Assembly: GCA_041650835.1 (NCBI GenBank)
Contig: JBAZKL010000002.1
Span: forward strand, 14,477-78,476
Direction of reading: 5' to 3'
Source of the DNA: Candidatus Omnitrophota bacterium
GTDB taxonomy: Bacteria; Omnitrophota; Gorgyraeia; Gygaellales; Profunditerraquicolaceae
DNA: 64,000 nucleotides
Shown: positions 37,385 to 46,591 of the stretch, one piece after another
How positions within the stretch are numbered: position 1 is the stretch's first letter
How the letters are laid out: every line of letters begins with the position of its first letter
The notes under the pieces: generated by a model
Database searches by the model: none
The model's input: only the letters and a program-made list of their open reading frames with translations
What the model was told of the DNA's origin: nothing
Position numbers and translations under genes: made by a program

Positions 37385-39156
37385 TGAAGTATTTCATGCG
37401 GGGCGCCTATGTTTCTGGTTTTTTTCTGTTGGTTTTAACTTGTTTTCTTTTTGTCCGGTGCGCGCACGCGCAAACTAATAGCGAACAGGCGGTGAAATCA
37501 TCGGAAACCATGCTGGCCGCGATCGAGCAGCCGGCTGCCGCCGCTCCCGAAGCTGAGGAAGCCCCTGAAGCGAAGATGAGTGAGCCGATCACCGACAGCT
37601 TGAACGCTTCAGAAAATGTAACGCTTGATTTTAAAGAAGCGGATATTAATAATGTTTTAAAGATCATTTCATATAAGGCCGGCGTTAATATCGTCGCGAC
37701 CCCTGATGTCCTCGGCAATGTAACTATTAAATTGGTTGATGTCCCCTGGGAACAGGCTTTGGACATTATCCTGAAAACGTACGGGTTTGGCTATCAGAAG
37801 CAGGGCAATGTGATCCTGGTCACGAAACTTGAGAATATGGCTAAGATCCAGGCGGAAGAAGCGTTGAAGACGGAAATTGTCACGCTTAAATTCCTTGATG
37901 CCCAGGATGCCCAAAGGATACTTATTCCGATGCTGTCTCAACGGGGTAAGATCTCTGTTTTGTATACTAAGGGGCAAAAAGGGTGGAAGTTCGGGTCTTT
38001 TAAGATCGGAAAAGAAGAAGTGGCGGCCCGTGAATTGACCAGGGAGGCAGAAACCGAGAAAACAATTGAGACGATCGCGATAGAAAGGACTGCTACCGGC
38101 TTATCCGCGATAAAGGCAGAGTTTGAGCCGTCGGTCAAATCCAAAACCCTCGTTATAACCGATACTTCATCGACATTGGACAGGATCAAGAACGTTATAC
38201 TGCCCCAGGTTGACAGGAAGCCAAAGCAGGTGCTGATTGAAACGAAGATGATGGAAGTGACCCTGGATAAACTTAAAGACGTCGGCTTTGATTGGGGGAC
38301 CGGCTCCACAGGCGCCGAATCAAGCGCTCTTACGTCCATAGACCTTAATAAAACCGGCGCCGGGACATTGGGCGCTCACGCGCTCGGGTCGGAGGTTTTA
38401 CCTTCGATATTCTCACCCAAGTCTAACAGCGCTACGCAGGGCATCGTCGGTGTTGAGCCGTATAACGCGGGTTTAGAGATCTTGTTCAAGAAGCTGACCG
38501 GTACTCAATTTGAAGCGATCCTGCACGCGCTGCAGGAGGATGTTGATACCAATACACTTTCTTCTCCTCGAATTTTAACTATTGACAATCAGGAAGCATC
38601 TATTTTGGTTGGCTTTCATACTCCGATCCTGGTTTCTGAAGTGACCGCGGGCAGTACCTCCGGCGAAGGAGCTACCGTTACTCAGACGTTGGATTATTAC
38701 CAGGAGATCGGTATCCGGCTCAATGTTGTGCCGCAGGTCAATGAAGATAATTATATTAATATGATCCTGCATCCGAGTGTGACTTCATCATCCTCAAACG
38801 TGACCGCTACATCGACGGCAGGCACGACAACGACCAATACGAATTATCCTATAATCGACGTGCGGGAGGCTCAGACTCAGGTTTTAATGAAAGACGGCGA
38901 GACGGTTGTTATCGGCGGGCTTCTCAAAGACGTAAAAAGTAAAAGTGTGATCGGTATCCCTATAATCAGTAAGATCCCGTATATCGGTACCTTCTTCAGA
39001 AGGGAAACAATTAAGACGGCAAAAGTAGACCTGCTCATATTCATTACGGCGCGCGTCGTTAACGATGATGAAACATCGGCTGAAGATATCGCGAAACTCG
39101 AAGAGCGCTTAAGCGGGTTATCGTCAAAGGCGCCGGCAAAAAAAAAGAAGCAATAA
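37381..39156 (+). CDS. pilQ: Secretin PilQ-like
   Basis: LDFKEADI, VPWEQALD, KQVLIE, LLIFITARVV. Confidence 0.85.
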   Translation: MMKYFMRGAYVSGFFLLVLTCFLFVRCAHAQTNSEQAVKSSETMLAAIEQPAAAAPEAEEAPEAKMSEPITDSLNASENVTLDFKEADINNVLKIISYKAGVNIVATPDVLGNVTIKLVDVPWEQALDIILKTYGFGYQKQGNVILVTKLENMAKIQAEEALKTEIVTLKFLDAQDAQRILIPMLSQRGKISVLYTKGQKGWKFGSFKIGKEEVAARELTREAETEKTIETIAIERTATGLSAIKAEFEPSVKSKTLVITDTSSTLDRIKNVILPQVDRKPKQVLIETKMMEVTLDKLKDVGFDWGTGSTGAESSALTSIDLNKTGAGTLGAHALGSEVLPSIFSPKSNSATQGIVGVEPYNAGLEILFKKLTGTQFEAILHALQEDVDTNTLSSPRILTIDNQEASILVGFHTPILVSEVTAGSTSGEGATVTQTLDYYQEIGIRLNVVPQVNEDNYINMILHPSVTSSSSNVTATSTAGTTTTNTNYPIIDVREAQTQVLMKDGETVVIGGLLKDVKSKSVIGIPIISKIPYIGTFFRRETIKTAKVDLLIFITARVVNDDETSAEDIAKLEERLSGLSSKAPAKKKKQ

Positions 39157-39357
39157 AATAACAGGCATGCTTGGGTGAGCACGCACAGAAGGCGGCTTGT
39201 CCCAATCTGGATTTTAAAAATACGTTAAAAAATGCGAGTACGTAAAAGCGCAAAAAGATATAATTTTTTAAAGGATTCAGGGCTTATTTTTAAGTTAAAA
39301 CAGCCAGGCGCCCCTTGTCTTTTTGCGGTATAACGCATTCTTTTTTAAAATCAGATG

Positions 39358-39400
39358 GGACACCCCAAAGTGCCTTAAACGCGGGTGTCCTTTTATTTTT
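39358..39400 (+). terminator. Intrinsic terminator GGACACCC/GGGTGTCC + U tract
   Basis: 8-bp GC stem followed by TTTTATTTTT. Confidence 0.55.
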
Positions 39401-39411
39401 AAAAAGAAAAC

Positions 39412-39732
39412 ATGGTTAAATTCAACTTCAGTTTTTCCAAAACAGGGTACATGAAGTATATTTCACATTTGGACCTGATGCGTTTGTTTACCCGCGCGTT
39501 TCGCCGCGCCGGATTCGCGATAAAGATGACCCAGGGGTTTAGTCCGCATCCCAAATTCAGCATCAATCGCGCGTTAAAATTAGGATTAGAGAGCCAGGAT
39601 GAACTTGCCGCTGTCAGTTTACGGGAGAGCCTGGATACACAGGATTTTCAGGAACGTTTGCAAAAGCAAATGCCTGAAGGCATAACTATTAAACAGGTAT
39701 ATGAGGAGGAAAAGTCAAAGCCCAGAGATTGA
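39412..39732 (+). CDS. TIGR03936/DUF2344 radical SAM-linked protein (short)
   Basis: YISHLDLMR...RAFRRA...TQGFSPHPK. Confidence 0.85.
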   Translation: MVKFNFSFSKTGYMKYISHLDLMRLFTRAFRRAGFAIKMTQGFSPHPKFSINRALKLGLESQDELAAVSLRESLDTQDFQERLQKQMPEGITIKQVYEEEKSKPRD

Positions 39733-39816
39733 TCCGTTGATCCGCTTTTGGCGGTTATGAGCGTCGGGGAGATTGCCGGCGGCAATGGATAACACTGGTT
39801 TTGACCGAAAAAGAAA

Positions 39817-41307
39817 ATGGCTAAAGAAATTTTAGTTAATGTTGAACCGCAGGAAAAGAGGGTGGCTATCCTTAAGGACGGCCAGTTGGAAGAATTTTAT
39901 ATTGAACGGTCTCAGGATAAGACGATAGTAGGGAATATCTATAAAGGCAAGATCGAAGCGGTGATACCTTCTATCGCGGGAGCTTTTGTCGATATAGGGT
40001 TGGTTAAAAAAGGATTTCTTTATTTGTCGGAAATAGAAGAAACATTTGAACCCTTTTCCCGTGAGCCTGAGACGACGGCGCAGGGAGGCAGTGAGTCGCG
40101 CGCCAGCGTTGTTAAGAAAGAGATCAAGAAAGAGATCAAAAAGGGGCATGAGGTCCTGGTACAGGTCGTTAAGGAATCTTTCGGCACGAAAGGCCCCCGG
40201 CTTTCTTGTCAGCTTGGTTTGGCAGGAAGATATTTAGTGCTTATGCCGATGGATAATCAGCTGGGCGTTTCTAAACGGATCGAAGATGATGTCGAGCGCA
40301 GGCGCCTGCGTACCATACTCGCTGAATTGAAGCTCCCTAAAGATCTCGGTTACATTGTCAGGACCGCGGCCTGCGGAAAATCAAAGCAGGACCTTTCTCG
40401 CGACGCGCGTTTCCTGTTTAAATTATGGAAGCGGCTTGAGAAGATCGGCAGTAAGAAGCAATCTCCGGCTTTGATCTATGAAGAGTACGACCTGGTCCTG
40501 CGTATTATCAGAGACTCGTTTTCAGAGGATGTTTCCAAGCTTATCGTTGATTCCAAACCTGAATTTTACCGCCTGCAGCGCTTTATGCGCGCTTTCCTGG
40601 GTAACGCAGCCAGAAAGCTTGAGTTTTTCCGCGGCGACGATTTGTTCGGGGAAAAGAACATCGAAAAACAGATCAACGAAATATTTGAAAGTAAGGTTTA
40701 TTTGAGATCAAAGGCGTATTTGATCATTGAGCCGACTGAAGGATTGGTTGTGATCGACGTTAACAGCGGCGGTTTCAGGGAGAGGATCAGGCAAGAAGAA
40801 GCGGCGTTCAAGATCAACTGTGAAGCCGCTATCGAAGTGGCGCATCAGCTGCGGTTGCGGGACCTCGGCGGCATTATTGTCGTCGATTTTATCGATATGG
40901 AGAAGGAATTTCACCGGCGCGAGCTTTTAAACGTATTGAAGAAGGCGCTCTCAACAGATAAGGCAAAATACGATATCATCGGGATCTCGAAGTTCGGCTT
41001 GGTTGAAATAACCCGCGAGCGTATACATAACACCGTTCAGACGATCTCTTTTCAGACCTGCCCGTACTGCAGCGGCAAAGGAAAGATCCGTTCTGCGGTC
41101 ACCATGGCAATTTACGCGTTTAAAGAATTAAAGAAATTTATGAAGGGAAAAGAGCTAAAACAGGTTGATATCTCTTTAAATCCGATGGTCATAGATGAAA
41201 TCCAGAGGGATAAGACGAATTTACTCTTTTTTGAGCGGAAATACAAGATGAGGATCAATTTGATCCCCAATCCTACCCTTCATATAGAAGAAGTAAGGAT
41301 CGCGTGA
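39817..41307 (+). CDS. rng: Ribonuclease G/E family
   Basis: VGNIYKG, IDVNSG, LRLRDLGGIIVVDFIDM, CPYCSG. Confidence 0.9.
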   Translation: MAKEILVNVEPQEKRVAILKDGQLEEFYIERSQDKTIVGNIYKGKIEAVIPSIAGAFVDIGLVKKGFLYLSEIEETFEPFSREPETTAQGGSESRASVVKKEIKKEIKKGHEVLVQVVKESFGTKGPRLSCQLGLAGRYLVLMPMDNQLGVSKRIEDDVERRRLRTILAELKLPKDLGYIVRTAACGKSKQDLSRDARFLFKLWKRLEKIGSKKQSPALIYEEYDLVLRIIRDSFSEDVSKLIVDSKPEFYRLQRFMRAFLGNAARKLEFFRGDDLFGEKNIEKQINEIFESKVYLRSKAYLIIEPTEGLVVIDVNSGGFRERIRQEEAAFKINCEAAIEVAHQLRLRDLGGIIVVDFIDMEKEFHRRELLNVLKKALSTDKAKYDIIGISKFGLVEITRERIHNTVQTISFQTCPYCSGKGKIRSAVTMAIYAFKELKKFMKGKELKQVDISLNPMVIDEIQRDKTNLLFFERKYKMRINLIPNPTLHIEEVRIA

Positions 41308-41604
41308 TCTGTCCGTAATTTTCTTCCTGGGCTTTTGCATTGCTAACTTGTTGGAGACAGGTCGTTTATGGCCCTGCCGGAAGCTTTCATTTTTTTAATT
41401 ATTACTTGATTTTTCTGATTTTTAAGGTATACTATAATTTTACTAATTATGCCTTAAAGAGTTATTCTTTAGACTGCAAAGAGCGATTCTCACCGAGCAG
41501 AATTTTGCAGATAATTTGTTTTATCCCAGGCTTTAGCTTAATAACAATGCCGGGATCAATGTGTCCGGTATTAAGGCGCACGGACGTATTACAGGAGGCA
41601 CTAC

Positions 41605-41919
41605 ATGTATGCAGTAGTTGAAGTTGGAGGCAAACAGTACAAAGTTGAAAAAGGGGATGTTATTCGCGTTGAAAAATTAATTGCCGAAGAAGGCGCTGAA
41701 ATCGCGTTGGATAAGGTGCTTTTGACCGTCAAAGACGATGATATTTCAGTCGGCACTCCGTACCTCAAGGGCGCCCAGGTCACCGCGGTGTTGTTAAAGC
41801 ATGTTAAAGGTGAAAAAGTTATTTCATATAAATATCGCCGCAGAAAGTCTTCTCATTGGAAAAAGGGCCACCGCCAGAAGTTATGCGAATTGGAGATCAA
41901 ATCCATAAAAGCCGGTTAA
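41605..41919 (+). CDS. rplU: 50S ribosomal protein bL21
   Basis: MYAVVEVGGKQYKV, KKGHRQ. Confidence 0.97.
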   Translation: MYAVVEVGGKQYKVEKGDVIRVEKLIAEEGAEIALDKVLLTVKDDDISVGTPYLKGAQVTAVLLKHVKGEKVISYKYRRRKSSHWKKGHRQKLCELEIKSIKAG

Positions 41920-41936
41920 CTATAGTATAGCTTCAG

Positions 41937-42052
41937 TTTTCGTTAATATCGTTTAGTTGTTTATTATCGTTAATGCCGTTTGAAGATCTAATCGGAACGA
42001 ACGATAATAACGGCATTAACGAAACTAACGAAACTAACGATAATAACGATAA
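41937..42052. repeat. Palindrome made of 9-mer repeats (TAACGATAA/TAACGAAAC) between rplU and obgE
   Basis: Six direct 9-mers in the right arm, with reverse-complement copies in the left arm. Confidence 0.8.
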
Positions 42053-43005
42053 TGTTCATTGATAACGCTAAAATATTAGTCAAAGGCGGCAATGGCGGTA
42101 AAGGGTGTTTCAGCTTTTACCGCGATAAATATGAACGTAGAGGTGTCCCCGACGGAGGCAGGGGTGGCAGCGGGGCTGATATCATATTGCGCGCTGACCG
42201 TAACCTTCGGACACTGCTTGATTTTTCCTATAACAGGCATTTTTACGGGCACAAGGGCGGCAATGGCTCCAGCAAGAATTTGAAAGGCAAGAACGCTGCG
42301 TCTATGATAATTCGCGTTCCCTGCGGAGTTATTGTCAAAGAAATCGCGACAGATTGCGTGTTAGGGACGCTTGATGCCGACCAGGAAGAGCTCGTTGTTG
42401 CCCGGGGTGGTGAAGGCGGCCACGGCAACAAGCTTCATGATGAGGCCACCGAAGGGTTTCCCGGCGAAGAACGCGAGTTGATGCTTGATCTAAAGCTCAT
42501 CGCCGATGCCGGGCTTATCGGATTTCCGAACGCGGGAAAATCCACGCTTATTACCGATATATCTCACGCTCAATCCAAGATAGCCGCGTATCCGTTTACC
42601 ACAAAATACCCGGTGTTAGGCGTTGTCGGGGAAGATGACGAGTCTTTTGTTATCGCTGATATTCCCGGTTTGATCGAAGGTTCTCATCAAGGACGCGGCC
42701 TGGGGGACAGGTTTTTGCGGCATGTAGAACGCACAAAGATACTTATTCATATTATTGATATGGCGGGCACTGAGGGGAGAGACCCGCTTGACGATTACCG
42801 CACGATCAATGAAGAGTTAAAGGGCTATAGCCCTGAAGTTTATAAAAAACCGCAGATTTTAGTGGCAAATAAGATGGACCTGGATAACAGCCGGGAAAAT
42901 TTCCTGCGTTTTAAACAGGCCGTAAGAAAGAAGATCTATCCGATCTCCGCCTTGAAACAGGAAGGTTTGGATGAGCTCATTAAAGCCATACGAAAAAAGC
43001 TGTAA
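42052..43005 (+). CDS. obgE: GTPase ObgE/CgtA
   Basis: MFID...GGNGG, GFPNAGKSTL, YPFTT, DIPGLIEG, NKMD. Confidence 0.95.
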   Translation: MFIDNAKILVKGGNGGKGCFSFYRDKYERRGVPDGGRGGSGADIILRADRNLRTLLDFSYNRHFYGHKGGNGSSKNLKGKNAASMIIRVPCGVIVKEIATDCVLGTLDADQEELVVARGGEGGHGNKLHDEATEGFPGEERELMLDLKLIADAGLIGFPNAGKSTLITDISHAQSKIAAYPFTTKYPVLGVVGEDDESFVIADIPGLIEGSHQGRGLGDRFLRHVERTKILIHIIDMAGTEGRDPLDDYRTINEELKGYSPEVYKKPQILVANKMDLDNSRENFLRFKQAVRKKIYPISALKQEGLDELIKAIRKKL

Positions 43006-44095
43006 AAGAATTGTTATCAAGATCGGCAGCAGCCTTTTTTGCTCCGCTCTGCAGGCGCTGGATCTGCGTATTTTTGACCGTATTGCCCGGCAATTGATCC
43101 AGTTGGTTGAAGGCGGCGCTGAGGTTGTTGTTGTTTCTTCGGGAGCGATCGCCCTGGGAATGAGTATCCTGGGGTTAAAACAACGCCCAAAAGCTTTAAG
43201 TTTGCTTCAGGCCGCCGCCGCTTTAGGGCAGAACGAATTGATGAATGCCTATAGCAAGTTTTTACGGAAAAGAGGCTTTCATGCCGCCCAAATACTTTTG
43301 ACATGGGAAGATTTTACCGAGCGCACGCGTTATTTAAACGCGAAAAATACGCTTCAAGCTCTTTTGGAATATCATAAGCATAGCGGCAGTCGACAGCCGG
43401 GTATCCCGGGTGAGCGCGTCCATAGGATCGTCCCGGTAATTAATGAAAATGATACGGTTTCTACCGATGAGATCAAGTTCGGCGATAACGACCGGCTTTC
43501 GGCGTTAGTGGCAAGCTTGATCTCCGCCGATCAATTGATAATCCTTTCTGATGTTGACGGCCTGCTTGATCGGGATAAGGCGGTCATCCCTGTCGTTGAA
43601 GAGATCACCGCTAAAATAAAAGGGCTTGCCTGCCCGACGCAAAAGAAGACCTGTGTCGGCGGCATGGTCACCAAGATAGATGCGGCAAAGATCGCGGTTG
43701 AATCGGGGATCCCCTGTGTTATTGCCAACGGGCGCAGGAAGAATATAATTGAATTAGCGGTAAAGGACCCCGGTGCCTACGGAACACTTTTTTTGCCTAA
43801 AAAAGGATTGGCTGCCCGGCAGCGCTGGATCGCTTTCGGCAGTAAGCCAAAGGGGAGCATCATGGTCGACCCCGGCGCCCAGAAAGCGTTATTGAACAAT
43901 AAAAGCCTGTTGTCTGTCGGCATTACCGGGATCGAGGGTGATTTTCAGGCGGGGGAGATCGTGCGTATCCTCGGTATCGGGGGTGAAGAATTTGCCCGCG
44001 GAAAAACCTGTATGTCAAGCAGCACCCTGGAAAAGATCAAGGGCGGCCGTTTTCATAAAGAGATCATTCATTGCGATGATATTGTTGTTATATAA
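42971..44095 (+). CDS. proB: Glutamate 5-kinase
   Basis: IVIKIGSS, VSSGAI, INENDTV, FGDNDRLSA, PUA domain. Confidence 0.95.
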   Translation: MSSLKPYEKSCKRIVIKIGSSLFCSALQALDLRIFDRIARQLIQLVEGGAEVVVVSSGAIALGMSILGLKQRPKALSLLQAAAALGQNELMNAYSKFLRKRGFHAAQILLTWEDFTERTRYLNAKNTLQALLEYHKHSGSRQPGIPGERVHRIVPVINENDTVSTDEIKFGDNDRLSALVASLISADQLIILSDVDGLLDRDKAVIPVVEEITAKIKGLACPTQKKTCVGGMVTKIDAAKIAVESGIPCVIANGRRKNIIELAVKDPGAYGTLFLPKKGLAARQRWIAFGSKPKGSIMVDPGAQKALLNNKSLLSVGITGIEGDFQAGEIVRILGIGGEEFARGKTCMSSSTLEKIKGGRFHKEIIHCDDIVVI

Positions 44096-44117
44096 TTTAG
44101 CTGTTTAGGAGCCGGTT

Positions 44118-45374
44118 ATGAAGCTTAAAGAAGAATTATTGAGGGCCGCGCGGGGAGCCAAGGATGCGTATCGCCATAGCTGTAGTATTTCTTCCGGTGT
44201 AAAGGACCAGGCGCTTAAAGATATGGCTGCGGCGTTACTGGTAAATCAAGACCGCCTTATAAATGCGAATCGATTGGACCTTAAGGCCGCAGCGGAGAAG
44301 GGGGTCCGGGGAGCGCTCATTGACCGCCTTACGCTTACCGGGCAGCGTATAAAACAGATGTCCGATTCTCTCCTTGAGATCGCCGCGCTGGCAGACCCGG
44401 TCGGAGAGGTCATTAAAGCCTGGCGCAGGCCGAACGGTCTGTGGATACATAAAGTAAGGGTTGCCATCGGGGTGATCGCTATCATTTATGAATCCCGCCC
44501 AAATGTTACCTCTGATTGTATCGGATTGTGTTTTAAATCGGGAAATAGCGTGATCTTGCGGGGTGGAAGCGAAGCCCTTCATTCTAATATTTGTATTTTT
44601 AACCTGTTGCGCGATTGCCTGCTCAAGCACGGCGTTGACGCCGGCATGATCAATATGGTTACGACCGCCAATAGGCGCGCGGTCACGGAATTACTCCAGC
44701 TTGACCGATATATCGACCTGGTGATGCCCCGGGGAGGAGAGGCTTTGATCAGGAAAGTTGCGGAAGTTTCCCGTATTCCGGTGATCAAGCATTATAAGGG
44801 GATATGCCATGTTTTCGTCGACGAGCACGCGGACAGGCAGATGGCTGAAAAGATAAGCTTTAACGCCAAGGTCCAAAGGCCCGGCGTTTGTAACGCGATG
44901 GAGTGCCTTTTAGTCCATAAGAATATCGCGGCGAAATTCCTCCCGTCAATGATCAGGAAGTTTATTGATGCGGGAGTTGAAATCCGCGGATGCCCGCTCA
45001 CAGCGAAGCTGGTTAAAGGCGTTGTTCCCGCGAAAGAAAAAGATTATTATACCGAATACCTTGATTTGAAGCTTTCGGTCAAGGTCGTCTCGAGCCTGGC
45101 GGAAGCTATAGAACATATTAACCGCTACGGTTCAGGGCACTCCGACTCCATTGTTACCGAGCGGTATGAGAACGCGATGGATTTTTTGCGGCAGGTTGAT
45201 TCCGCGTGCGTATACGTTAACGCGTCAACGCGTTTTACCGACGGACACCAGTTCGGCATGGGCGCGGAGATAGGGATCTCTACCGATAAATTGCACGCGC
45301 GCGGCCCCATGGGGCTTGAAGAATTAACTACGTATAAGTACCTTGTTTTCGGGAATGGCCAGGTCAGGAAATAA
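44118..45374 (+). CDS. proA: Gamma-glutamyl phosphate reductase
   Basis: IYESRPNVT, RPGVCNAME, NASTRFTDG, KLHARGPMGL. Confidence 0.96.
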   Translation: MKLKEELLRAARGAKDAYRHSCSISSGVKDQALKDMAAALLVNQDRLINANRLDLKAAAEKGVRGALIDRLTLTGQRIKQMSDSLLEIAALADPVGEVIKAWRRPNGLWIHKVRVAIGVIAIIYESRPNVTSDCIGLCFKSGNSVILRGGSEALHSNICIFNLLRDCLLKHGVDAGMINMVTTANRRAVTELLQLDRYIDLVMPRGGEALIRKVAEVSRIPVIKHYKGICHVFVDEHADRQMAEKISFNAKVQRPGVCNAMECLLVHKNIAAKFLPSMIRKFIDAGVEIRGCPLTAKLVKGVVPAKEKDYYTEYLDLKLSVKVVSSLAEAIEHINRYGSGHSDSIVTERYENAMDFLRQVDSACVYVNASTRFTDGHQFGMGAEIGISTDKLHARGPMGLEELTTYKYLVFGNGQVRK

Positions 45375-45383
45375 AGGAGCCTT

Positions 45384-45950
45384 GTGAAGATCGGGATACT
45401 CGGCGGGACGTTCAATCCTATTCATGTGGGGCATTTGATCCTGGCTGAAGAGGTGCGGGAAAAGCTGTTCCTGGATAAGATCATTTTCATGCCGGCGTAT
45501 TTGCCGCCGCATAAGAATAATTCTCATATCATTGAAGCCCGGTACCGTTTTGAGATGATCCAGGCGGCGATCAGGGAAAATCCGTATTTGAGCGTTTCCG
45601 ATATCGAGATCAACCGGCAGGGCCGCTCGTATACGATCGATACGATCGTCGAGTTAAAAAAGCTTTACCCCGCCGATGAGCTTTATTTTATTACCGGCTC
45701 CGACCTGCTGAAGTACCTTGATGACTGGAAAGACTTAAGCCAGATCATCAGTATGGTGAAGTTTGTGGTGGCAACCAGGCCCGGTTACGCGCTGGAAAAA
45801 ATACCCGCGTATATCGCGACGGTGGCGATACGCGCGGTTGACATCTCGGCTTTCGAGGTCAGGGACGCGATCAAGGACAATAAATCGTTTAGGTACCTGG
45901 TGCCGGAATCGGTTTATAAATACATTACCAAGAACAATTTGTACCGATGA
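45384..45950 (+). CDS. nadD: Nicotinate-nucleotide adenylyltransferase
   Basis: GGTFNPIHVGH, PPHK, SYTIDT. Confidence 0.95.
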   Translation: MKIGILGGTFNPIHVGHLILAEEVREKLFLDKIIFMPAYLPPHKNNSHIIEARYRFEMIQAAIRENPYLSVSDIEINRQGRSYTIDTIVELKKLYPADELYFITGSDLLKYLDDWKDLSQIISMVKFVVATRPGYALEKIPAYIATVAIRAVDISAFEVRDAIKDNKSFRYLVPESVYKYITKNNLYR

Positions 45951-46591
45951 GAATAAAGGTTTCACCTTCAATATTGTCGGCTGATTTCAGCTGTTTGGCG
46001 CAGGAAATAAAGAGAGTTGAGCGAGCCGGCGCCGATATGCTCCATGTCGATGTAATGGACGGCCATTTTGTCCCGAATATTACCATCGGGCCGGCCGTGG
46101 TGAAAGATATCCGTAAGGTCACGTCTCTTCCTTTGGATGTGCATTTGATGATCGAGCATCCCGAGGATTACGTGGAAAGTTTCTTGAAAGCCGGAAGCGA
46201 TATGATCACGTTTCATATTGAGACGATCACGAGCGGTGAATTGCGTAAACAATCTTTAGCGCTTAAGGCAAAAGGCATTCAGGTGGGTGTATCGTTAAAT
46301 CCGAAGACTCCGCTTGAGCGGATCGCCGGGGTCCTTGACTGCGTTGATTTTGTGCTGGTGATGACGGTCAATCCCGGCTTTGGCGGGCAGGAATTCATGC
46401 CGGAAGTCCTCGCCAAGATTAAAGAGCTAAAGGGTATCTTCGGCGGAGATATCGCGGTTGACGGCGGGATAAACGAGTTAACGGCTCAAGATGCGGTGCG
46501 TGCGGGGGCAAATGTTTTAGCCGCGGGCTCTTACATTTTTTCGGCAAAAGATACTTTACAGGCAATCGAAAGGATCAGAAATGCACGGTAA
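45947..46591 (+). CDS. rpe: Ribulose-phosphate 3-epimerase
   Basis: HVDVMDGHFVPN, MTVNPGFGGQ, VDGGIN. Confidence 0.96.
   Translation: MRIKVSPSILSADFSCLAQEIKRVERAGADMLHVDVMDGHFVPNITIGPAVVKDIRKVTSLPLDVHLMIEHPEDYVESFLKAGSDMITFHIETITSGELRKQSLALKAKGIQVGVSLNPKTPLERIAGVLDCVDFVLVMTVNPGFGGQEFMPEVLAKIKELKGIFGGDIAVDGGINELTAQDAVRAGANVLAAGSYIFSAKDTLQAIERIRNAR

Noticed and set aside
41340-41621. 93-aa ORF upstream of rplU
   Set aside because: TTG start, no RBS; spans the promoter and structured leader
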